Part shown: piece by piece, positions 34,418 to 44,817 of the stretch
How positions within the stretch are numbered: position 1 is the stretch's first letter
Layout of the letters: every line of letters begins with the position of its first letter
Assembly (NCBI GenBank): GCA_032718475.1
Contig: JAUCBJ010008280.1
Span: forward strand, 1-44,817
Source of the DNA: Nemertoderma westbladi
Lineage: Eukaryota > Animalia > Xenacoelomorpha
Direction: 5' to 3'
Length of the DNA stretch: 44,817 nt
Program-made: the position numbers and the translations under genes
The notes under the pieces: model-generated
The model's input: the letters and a program-made list of their open reading frames with translations, nothing else
Told to the model about the DNA's origin: nothing
The model's database searches: none

Positions 34418-36343
34418 CAGGAACCGAGAGGTTCATTACTGTAAGAATTGCTCGTGGCTGACTGACTGATCTACAGCCAAAACTACTCTAACGATTTTGA
34501 TGAAATTTTCACAGCGGCTAGATACCGCGATTCTAAGGTCCCTGGTATGTTCCGCTATTTCGTCCATGAGCCGTGGGCTCGAAAAATAGACATAAACGAA
34601 AAAACGCCATAGGCGCAATGATAAAAACACCAGCTGGCACTCATGAAAAATGGATAGAGATAGCCTAGTAATGCTATTCTATAGGAATGGCCACCTAACA
34701 AGGAAATGCTTTCTCTGCCAAGTATTATCCTCACTCTACAACTCAGACAGTAAGCAAACAAAAGCTGTGGGATTCTAATGTATTACATCATAAGCTGGTT
34801 GCTCTCCCAATAGCCCTCACACACTCACTGAATCCAATGAAATCGAATATCTATTAGCTTAATGCGAATAGCTGGTAAGCTGAATGCCATTTTAGTTATT
34901 GTGTACTGTTGATAGCAGAGTTGACTGCTATGTTGTATGTATTTAATTAAAATAATTTTCATAGAGGGAAGTTAATTTGGGATTACTTTCTATCAGATGT
35001 AAGCAAAGCTGTTCAATGGGGTGGGTCATGGGACCCAAATATAGTACATTATGCATGGCAAACATTAATAAAATCATTCAGTCAACCTGGAGGGTATTTG
35101 CTTAGTTAATTCTACTGTGCGAAAAACGAATTTATAATGTTACCCATACTTCAGGTGAATGAATTTTTAGATATTTGTACTGAAGGCAACGATTTCTGAT
35201 ATAATTAAAATACAAGACAGGGGCTTGTTTCGATATGTTGCGCCCTTCTAGCAGCACGTGAGATGATCAAATAATAGACACAATGTTTGACTTTGTCCCT
35301 TCGAGCAGCACGTGAGTTTTGCTTTGACCCTTCGATATATGTATTTGCGCCCTTCGAGCAGCACGTGAATTACATCAAATAATAGACACATTGTTTGACT
35401 TTGTCCCTTCGAGCAGCACGTGAGTTTTGCTTTGACCCTTCGATATATGTATTTGCGCCCTTCGAGCAGCACGGGGAGTCGACTCAGACCGAGCCAAGCC
35501 GAGCCAAGCCGAGCCAAGCCGAGCCGAGCCAAGCCGAGCCGAGCCGAGCCGAGCAGAGCCGAGCCGTGCCGAGCCGAGCCGAGCCGAGCCGAGCCGAGCC
35601 GAGCCGAGCCGAGCCGAGCCGAGCCGAGCCGAGCCGAGCCGAGCCGAGCCGAGCCGAGCCGAGCCGAGCCGAGCCGAGCCGAGCCGAGCCGAGCCGAGCC
35701 GAGCCGGGCCGTGCCGAGCCGAGCCGAGCCAAGCCGAGCCGAGCTGAGCCGAGCCGAGCCGAGCCAAGCCGAGCCGAGCCAAGCCGAGCCGAGCCGTGTC
35801 ACGCCAAATTGTGCCCGGATTGAGCCCAATCAAGCCGAGTCGAGCCCAATCGAGCCGAGTTGAGCCGAATCAAGCCGAGTCGAGCCAGACTGAGCCGATT
35901 CAAGCCCAAATCGAATCGAGTCGAGCCCAATAGAGCCGGATCGAGCCCAATCAAGCCTAGTCGAGCCCAATTGAGCCGGACCGAGCCAAGTCGAGCCCAA
36001 TCGAGCCAGACTGAGCCAAGTTGAGCCAAATCGAGCCGAGTCAAGCCCAATCAATCCCAATTGAGCCGATTCGAGCCGAGTCGAGCAGATTGAGCTGAAT
36101 CGAGCCCAATTGAGCCAAGTCGAGCTGGACCAAGCCAAGTCGAACCCAATCGAGCCGATTGAGCCAAATCAAGCTGAGTCGAGTCAGATCGAGCCGAGCC
36201 GAGCCTAATCGAGCCAAACCGAGCCGATCAAGCCAAGTCGAACTAAATCGTGCCCAATCGTGCAAGACCGAGCCGAACTCGTTGTCTCTTTTATTTGAAA
36301 TAAAAAGTCGGTTCCTTATCGGGCCGCTAGGCCCGTCACTAGT
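34418..36343 (+). mobile_element. DINE-1/Helentron-like element, end-type B (copy B2)
   Basis: B-type ends as above. Interior has a 108-bp tandem repeat (35240-35472) and a (GAGCC)n tract. Ends CACTAGT followed by TT. Confidence 0.85.
35490..36280 (+). repeat. (GAGCC)n pentanucleotide microsatellite, pure to about 35795 then degenerate
   Basis: Directly visible; source of the AEPSR/LGSAR pseudo-ORFs. Confidence 0.97.
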
Positions 36344-38586
36344 TTAAATACTGTAACACAATTTTAGGCGATGGTTATAATATTTTTAATCGCATTACCT
36401 CATACGTTCCGCCTATTCTCAGACTGTTTTTAGTCATTAGTCATTTTAGTCATTAGTTGTTCATAATTAGCACCCTATGTTCTACCTATTTCATAATTTT
36501 TTGCAGATTATAACACCAGAAATGTCTGAAATGCAGGTTAAATTAACCAATAATAACCAACGCACGTAGGCCTCATTAATATATGACAGCAGCTAAAGTT
36601 AACAATGTAAATGTCCCTATATATAGAAGCATTGTATCTGGGAATCGTTCGCATCTTATTGGATAAATAAGTTGGAAGCTGAGGGGGGGGGGGGGGGGGG
36701 GGGCATTTAAGGCCCGGGTTCTTACCTTGAATCAATCCTCGCGCCCACGCGCTCAGGCCCTTCGCGATTTCAGGTACGGCCCGCCCCCCCTACTCCACTC
36801 TGCTCGCTTCCTCTCCAGTCCGATTTTCGCGTTTTTAGAATATTCGGTGACGGTTCTATTTAAAGACTATTCTGTGAACACTTTAGATATTTCTTTTTTA
36901 TATTTTAATATTTTTCATTTATTTATCAATTAAATTAAATTCAGCTTAGTAAATTAAGACGTAAACAAACAATTGCTATTTTAACTTGATTGACAGCTTT
37001 AATTTCTTTGTATTGTAGTTATAATTTTTTGCAGATTACCTCGATTGTTTCGATTGCTCTTGTGTCGACGTATCCTTTTTGTTTCCTTTCTGCTTCTTGT
37101 TCCTCTCCCTAATATGTTTCACGTAAAACGTCAACATAATTATTCCTGGAATACTCCAAACCGCGACTAACATTAAAAATAACCACAGAAAGATTAACTC
37201 CATATTTATCTCTAACTATTTCTTCAGAATCTATTTTTTACAACTCAAAATTATCTTTAGAATACCGAACTAGTACAGAGCTATACACTCAAAATCCTAG
37301 GTGTTCTTTACTATATAACCAGTAATTTCCTAGCTAACCTGGAGTTTATAAATTACAAAGCAAACGGAGTGGGAAATTCATAAGTGAATCTAAAATAACT
37401 AATTCTATTTTTCCCCTGCAAGAAAAATTACCAAAATTATCAAAATTTAAATAATTCTAAAATGTTAGGATTTAATTTTAGATTTCGATAAAATTTCCAG
37501 ACAGTGTAATTTGGATAGCCTATGACGCCGGTCATTCCTGTTATATATCCCAACACCCCGTAGCACAACAACATTTAGGGTAGCTAGCAAGTGGTTTTTT
37601 AATGGTAGCTATTGCTACTGCAGTAGCTAGTGTTCTTTAATTAATGGTAGACTAGCGAGTGTTTTTTAATGGTAGCTACTAGCTAGTGTTTTTTAATGGT
37701 AGCTACTAGCTAGTGTTTTTTAATGGTAGCTACTAGCTAGTGCTTTTTTTAATTACAAAATTTACAAAACATTGTCAAAATGAAGAAGGCATGAAAATGG
37801 AGGCATGAGAGAGTGTACATTTCGTGGGAGGGAGACCTGAGAGAGTGTACATCTCGGGGAGACCTGAGAGAGTGTTCATCTCGTGGGAGACCTGAGAGAG
37901 TGTACATTTCGGGGAGACCTGAGAGAGTGTACATCTCGTGGGAGACCTGAGAGAGTGTTCATCTCGTGGGAGACCTGAGAGAGTGTACATCTCGGGGAGA
38001 CCTGAGAGAGTGTACATCTCGTGGGAGACTTGAGAGAGTTTACATCTCGTGGGAGGCATGAGAGAGTGTACATCTCGTGGGAGACCTGAGAGAGTGTACA
38101 TCTCGGGGAGACCTAAGAGAGTGTTCATCTCGTGGGAGACCTGAGAGAGTGTTCATCTCGTGGGAGACCTGAGAGAGTGTACATCTCGGGGAGACCTGAG
38201 AGAGTGTACATCTCGTGGGAGACCTGAGAGAGTTTACATCTCGGGGAGACCTAAGAGAGTGTTCATCTCGTGGGAGACCTGAGAGAGTGTACATTTCGGG
38301 GAGACCTGAGAGAGTGTACATCTCGTGGGAGACCTGAGAGAGTGTTCATCTCGTGGGAGACCTGAGAGAGTGTATATTTCGGGGAGACCTGAGAGAGTGT
38401 ACATCTCGGGGAGACCTGAGAGAGTGTTCATCTCGTGGGAGACCTGAGAGAGTGTACATTTCGGGGAGACCTGAGAGAGTGTACATCTCGTGGGAGACCT
38501 GAGAGAGTGTACATCTCGGGGAGACCTGAGAGAGTTTACATCTCGTGGGAGGCATGAGAGAGTGTTCATCTCGTGGAAGTCTTTCA

Positions 38587-38789
38587 ACGAAAATGAACTA
38601 CACTTTCTTTTGAAATGTAGTGGATATACTAATCTCCGCCTAAAATACGTCGGTAATTATTACTGCACCAACACAAATTTTCAGAAGTTTGCAGAACTAA
38701 TAGGAGTGACATACGATACTGACCTTATAAAACTAGGATTGTATATATATTACGCTTTCGAAAAAAGAAAATCTGTTTTGGGATACTAG
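38587..38789 (+). pseudogene. Duplicate LINE ORF2 C-terminal fragment
   Basis: Identical to 31200-31402. Confidence 0.7.
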
Positions 38790-38815
38790 AATAAAACGTA
38801 TTGAACTGAAATTAA

Positions 38816-40316
38816 TTAGCAAGTCGTTAGACTTGATTACTGTAAGAATTGTTAGCTGATTGACTGGCTGACTGGCTGGCTGACTGGCTGGCTGACTGGC
38901 TGGCTGATCTACAGCCAAAACTACTCTAACGATTTTGATGAAATTTTCACAGCGGCTGGATACCGCGATTCTAAGGTCTCAGGTATGTTCCGCTATTTCG
39001 TCCATGAGCCGTGGGCTCGAAAAATAGACATAAACGAAAAAACGCCATTGGCGCAATGGTAAAATAACACCAATGACAGCTGGTGCCGTGGTGAAAAATG
39101 GCTTATGTAATGCATTTCTACACAAGGCTTAGTATAAATCGATGAGGTTGCCAAGATTATTGTACTTAGTACACCCATACTATTTGTTTAGGCCCTGCAC
39201 TCTCTGTCAAAGCAAATATTAACTGGTTGATTTAGTTTGTGGTTCTACACAGGCTTAGTATAAATCGATGAGGCTGCCAACTGGTTGGTTTAGTTTGCAA
39301 TCTATTACCGCCTCAGCTGAATAACTCTTCCCCCTGCTGAATGACTATTAGGTATACAGTGTATCGGCTACATTATGCCAACATTAATACTGTGGAGGCT
39401 GTATGCTTATAAGGTGGAATGTTTACTCAGCCTTATACTGATACTCTGTAAGGCTAAGACTAACATTATAGTTTGAAATATAAAAATCACTTCTTATTAT
39501 CTGTATTGGGTTAATAATCACTGTGGCATTCAAAATGTTTTATAGGTGATTGACATGTAGTGCAAGCTGAATGACTGTTAGTTACAGAGTACTACTGCAC
39601 TGTATTTTATTTTTAAATCTTTCGTCCAACATTAATACTTTGGAGGTTGTATGCTTATAAGGCGAATGTTTACTCAGCTTCATACTGATACACTGTAAGG
39701 CTAACACTAACGTTATAGTTTAAAACATAAAAATCACTGCTTATTATCTGTATCAGGTTACACACTGTGGCATTCAAAATGTTTAAATGTTTTATAGGTG
39801 ATTGATATTTAGTGCAAGCTGAATGACTGTAGGTTACAGAGTACTATTGCACTGTATTTTATTTTTAAATCTTTTGGCCAACATTAATACTGTGGAGGCT
39901 GTATGCTTATAAGGCGGAATGTTTACTCAGCCTCATACTGATACTCTGTAAGGCTTACACTAACATTATAGTTTGAAATATAAAAATAACTGCTTATTAT
40001 CTGTATTGGGTTAATCACTGTGGCATTCAAAATGCTTTGTTAGGTGAATGACATTTAGTGGCTAAGATTATTCTCTGTCAGATTCCCTTCACACCATAGG
40101 CAAACATTGTTGAGGCTGAGGGAATTTACTTTAGTTTACTCTACTGAGTCATTCAGCTGAATGGATTTGAGCAATTGCCAAATTACAGAGTGGGATCTCT
40201 CTCTGACCATAGATAAATAACACTTCCCTTCTGAACAAAGGTAAACATTGTTGAGGGAACTTACCTTTGATTGACGACTTCCGACTTGCTTAACGGCGTC
40301 TTGACGCCGTCTCTAG
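38816..40316 (+). mobile_element. DINE-1/Helentron-like element, type A (copy A2)
   Basis: Same ends as A1 but terminates CTCTAG and fuses directly to GGAACCGA. Confidence 0.85.
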
Positions 40317-42183
40317 GGAACCGAGAGGTTCATTACTGTAAGAATTGCTCGTGGCTGGCTGACTGGCTGGCTGATCTACAGCCAAAACTACTCTAACGAT
40401 TTTGATGAAATTTTCACGGCGGCTAGATACGGCGATTCTAAGGTCCCTTGTATGTTCCGCTATTTCGTCCATGAGCCATGGGCTCGAAAAATAGACATAA
40501 ACGAAAAAACGCCATAGGCGCAATGATAAAAACACCAGCTGGCACTCATGAAAAATGGATAGAGATGGCCTAGTAATGCTATTCTATAGGAATGGCCACC
40601 TAACGAGGAAATGCTTTCTGTGCCAAGTATTATCCTCACTTTACAACTCAGACAGTAAGCAAACAAAAGCTGTGGGCTTCTAATGCTTCTAATGGCTTCT
40701 AATCATAAGCTGATTGCTCTCCCAATAGCCCTCACACACTCACTGAATCGAATGAAATCGAATATCTATTAGCTTAATGCGAATAGCTGGTAACCTGAAT
40801 GCCATTTTAGTTATTGTGTACTGTTGATTGCAGAGTTGACTGCTATGTTGTATGTATTTAATTAAAATAATTTTCGTAGAGGGAAGTTAATTTGGGATTA
40901 CTCTCTATCAGATGTAAGCAAAGCTGTTCAGGGGTGGGTCGTGGGACCCAAATATAGTACTATTCATGGCAAACATTAATAAAATCATTCAGTCAACCTG
41001 AAGGGTATTTGCTTTAGTTAACTACTGTGTGAAAAGTGAATTTATAATGTTACCCATACTTCAGGTAAATGAATTTTTAGATATTTTGTACTGAAGGCAA
41101 GGATTTCTGATATAATTAAAATACAAGACAGGGGCTTGTTTCGATATATGTAGTTGCGCCCTTCGAGCAGCACGTGAGTTAATCAAATATTAGACACAAT
41201 GTTTGACTTTGTCCCTTCGAGCAGCACGTGAGTTTTGCTTTGACCCTTCGATATATGTATTTGCGCCCTTCGAGCAGCACGTGAATTACATCAAATAATA
41301 GACACATTGTTTGACTTTGTCCCTTCGAGCAGCACGTGAGTTTTGCTTTGACCCTTCGATATATGTATTTGCGCCCTTCGAGCAGCACGGGGAGTCGACT
41401 CAGACCGAGCCAAGCCGAGCCAAGCCGAGCCGAGCCGAGCCGAGCCGAGCCGAGCCGAGCCGAGCCGAGCCGAGCCGAGCCGAGCCGAGCCGAGCCGAGC
41501 CGAGCCGAGCCGAGCCGAGCCGAGCCGAGCCGAGCCGGCCGAGCCGAGCCGAGCCGAGCCGAGCCGAGCCGAGCCGAGCCGAGCCGAGCCGAGCCGAGCC
41601 GAGCCGAGCCGAGCCGAGTCAAGCCGAGCCGAGCTCGAGCCGAGCCGAGCCGAGCCGAGCTGAGCCGAGCCGAGCTGAGCCGAGCCTAATCGAGCCGAGC
41701 CGAGCCGAGCCGAGCCGAGCCGAGCCGAGCCGAGCCGAGCCGAGCCGAGCCGAGCCGAGCCGAGCCGAGCCGAGCCGAGCCGAGCCGAGCCGAGCCGAGC
41801 CGAGCCGAGCCGAGCCGAGCCGAGCCGAGCCGAGCCGAGCCGAGCCTAACGAGCCGAGCCGAGCCGAGCCGAGCCGAGCCGAGCCGAGCCGAGCCGAGCC
41901 GAGCCGAGCCGAGCCGAGCCGAGCCGAGCCGAGCCGAGCCGAGCCGAGCCGAGCCGAGCCGAGCCGAGCCGAGCCGAGCCGAGCCGAGCCGAGCCGAGCC
42001 GAGCCGAGCCGAGCCGAGCCGAGCCGAGCCGAGCCGAGCCGAGCCGAACCGAGCCAAACCGAGCCGATCAAGCCAAGTCGAACTTAATCGTGCCCAATCG
42101 TGCAAGACCGAGCCGAGCTCGTTGTCTCTTTTATTTGAAATAAAAAGTCGGTTCCTTATCGGGCCGCTAGGCCCGTCACTAGT
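40317..42183 (+). mobile_element. DINE-1/Helentron-like element, type B (copy B3)
   Basis: B-type ends; interior homologous to B2 but diverged, with a longer pure (GAGCC)n tract at 41405-42075. Confidence 0.85.
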
Positions 42184-43666
42184 TAGCAAGTCGTTAGACT
42201 TGATTACTGTAAGAATTGTTTGCTGATTGACTGGCTGACTGACTGACTGACTGACCTACAGCCAAAACTACTCTAACGATTTTGATGAAATTTTCACAGC
42301 AGCTAGATACCGCGATTCTAAGGTCCCTGTCATGATCGGCTACTCCGTCCATAGCCTCTGGGCTTGAAAAATAGAGATAAACGAAAAAACGCCATAGGCG
42401 CTATGGTAAAATAACACCAATGACAGCTGGTGTCCTGATGAAAAATGGCTTATGTAATGCATTTCTACACAAGGCTTAGTATAAATCGATGAGGTTGCCA
42501 AGATTATTGTACTTAGTACACCCATACTGTTTGTTTAGGCCCTAGGACACTCTGTCAAAGCAAATATTAACTGGTTGATTTAGTTTGTGGTTCTACACAG
42601 GCTTAGTATAAATCGATGAGGCTGCCAACTGGTTGGTTTAGTTTGCAATCTATTACCGCCTCAGCTGAATAACTCTTCCCCCTGCTGAATGACTATTAGG
42701 TATACAGTGTATCGGCTACATTAATGCCAACATTAATACTGTGGAGGCTGTATGCTTATAAGGTGGAATGTTTACACAGCCTTATACTGATACTCTGTAA
42801 GGCTAAGACTAACATTATAGTTTGAAATATAAAAATCACTTCTTATTATCTGTATTGGGTTAATAATCACTGTGGCATTCAAAATGTTTTATAGGTGATT
42901 GACATTTAGTGCAAGCTGAATGACTGTTAGTTACAGAGTACTACTGCACTGTATTTTATTTTTAAATCTTTCGTCCAATATTAATACTTTGGAGGTTGTA
43001 TGCTTATAAGGCGAATGTTTACTCAGCTTCATACTGATTCACTGTAAGGCTAACACTAACGTTATAGTTTAAAACATAAAAATCACTGCTTACTATCTGT
43101 ATCAGGTTATACACTGTGGCATTCAAAATGTTTAAATGTTTTATAGGTGATTGATATTTAGTACAAGCTGAATGACTGTAGGTTACAGAGTACTATTGCA
43201 CTGTATTTTATTTTTAAATCTTTTGGCCAACATTAATACTGTGGAGGCTGTATGCTTATAAGGCGGAATGTTTACTCAGCCTCATACTGATACTCTGTAA
43301 GGCTTACACTAACATTATAGTTTGAAATATAAAAATAACTGCTTATTATCTGTATTGGGTTAATCACTGTGGCATTCAAAATGTTTTGTTAGGTGAATGA
43401 CATTTAGTGGCTAAGATTATTCTCTGTCAGATTCCCTTCACACCATAGGCAAACATTGTTGAGGCTGAGGGAATTTACTTTAGTTTACTCTACTGAGTCA
43501 TTCAGCTGAATGGATTTGAGCAATTGCCAAATTACAGAGTGGGATCTCTCTCTGACCATAGATAAATAACACTTCCCTTCTGAACAAAGGTAAACATTGT
43601 TGAGGGAACTTATCTTTGATTGACGACTTCCGACTTGCTTAACGGCGTCTTGACGCCGTCACTAGT
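42184..43666 (+). mobile_element. DINE-1/Helentron-like element, type A (copy A3)
   Basis: TAGCAAGTCG ... CGACTTGCT, ACGGCGTCTTGACGCCGT, CACTAGT. The first ~350 bp differ from A1/A2; the remainder matches A1. Confidence 0.85.
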
Positions 43667-44817
43667 CAGGAACCGAGAGGTTCATTACTGTAAGAATTGC
43701 TCGTGGCTGACTGACTGATCTACAGCCAAAACTACTCTAACGATTTTGATGAAATTTTCACAGCGGCTAGATACCGCGATTCTAAGGTCCCTGGTATGTT
43801 CCGCTATTTCGTCCATGAGCCGTGGGCTCGAAAAATAGACATAAACGAAAAAACGCCATAGGCGCAATGATAAAAACACCAGCTGGCACTCATGAAAAAT
43901 GGATAGAGATAGCCTAGTAATGCTATTCTATAGGAATGGCCACCTAACAAGGAAATGCTTTCTCTGCCAAGTATTATCCTCACTCTACAACTCAGACAGT
44001 AAGCAAACAAAAGCTGTGGGATTCTAATGTATTACATCATAAGCTGGTTGCTCTCCCAATAGCCCTCACACACTCACTGAATCCAATGAAATCGAATATC
44101 TATTAGCTTAATGCGAATAGCTGGTAAGCTGAATGCCATTTTAGTTATTGTGTACTGTTGATAGCAGAGTTGACTGCTATGTTGTATGTATTTAATTAAA
44201 ATAATTTTCATAGAGGGAAGTTAATTTGGGATTACTTTCTATCAGATGTAAGCAAAGCTGTTCAATGGGGTGGGTCATGGGACCCAAATATAGTACATTA
44301 TGCATGGCAAACATTAATAAAATCATTCAGTCAACCTGGAGGGTATTTGCTTAGTTAATTCTACTGTGCGAAAAACGAATTTATAATGTTACCCATACTT
44401 CAGGTGAATGAATTTTTAGATATTTGTACTGAAGGCAACGATTTCTGATATAATTAAAATACAAGACAGGGGCTTGTTTCGATATGTTGCGCCCTTCTAG
44501 CAGCACGTGAGATGATCAAATAATAGACACAATGTTTGACTTTGTCCCTTCGAGCAGCACGTGAGTTTTGCTTTGACCCTTCGATATATGTATTTGCGCC
44601 CTTCGAGCAGCACGTGAATTACATCAAATAATAGACACATTGTTTGACTTTGTCCCTTCGAGCAGCACGTGAGTTTTGCTTTGACCCTTCGATATATGTA
44701 TTTGCGCCCTTCGAGCAGCACGGGGAGTCGACTCAGACCGAGCCAAGCCGAGCCAAGCCGAGCCAAGCCGAGCCGAGCCAAGCCGAGCCGAGCCGAGCCG
44801 AGCAGAGCCGAGCCGTG
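43667..44817 (+). mobile_element. DINE-1/Helentron-like element, type B (copy B4, cut by window end)
   Basis: Apparently identical to B2 at offset 9249 (ORFs 34436/43685, 34555/43804, 35248/44497). Confidence 0.85.

Larger units (their letters stand above)
37799..40316 (+). repeat. Segmental duplicate of 30412-32930 (28-bp minisatellite + LINE tail + element A)
   Basis: Identical track ORFs at a constant offset of 7387 (30653/38040, 31103/38490, 31606/38993). Confidence 0.95.

Noticed and set aside
35248-42189. Long AEPSR / LGSAR repeat proteins
   Set aside because: A pentanucleotide microsatellite is open in all frames; there is no evidence of coding function.

Overview
AT-rich, repeat-dominated eukaryotic DNA, most likely from an invertebrate animal; nothing here looks prokaryotic. 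From left to right it holds a decayed fibrinogen-related domain (FReD) gene fragment (~58-451) and a frameshifted CR1-group LINE ORF2 (APE+RT, minus strand, 784-3633). Two arrays of a ~146-bp satellite follow, along with several minisatellites, pieces of an RTE-clade LINE, a hAT MITE with 8-bp TSD that carries a nested Crypton-like element, and a tRNA-derived SINE with TSD. A 3-exon minus-strand gene model that the ORF track mostly misses lies at 22420-22336, 21574-21169 and 17382-17154. It would encode ~239 aa with a hydrophobic N-terminus, a 10-aa repeat and a Myb/SANT-like C-terminus. From 31.4 kb to the window end are seven DINE-1/Helentron-like non-autonomous rolling-circle elements of two end-types, joined head-to-tail, with co-varying terminal inverted repeats. 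Most long ORFs in the track are artefacts of tandem repeats. All calls were made by eye, with no database searches.
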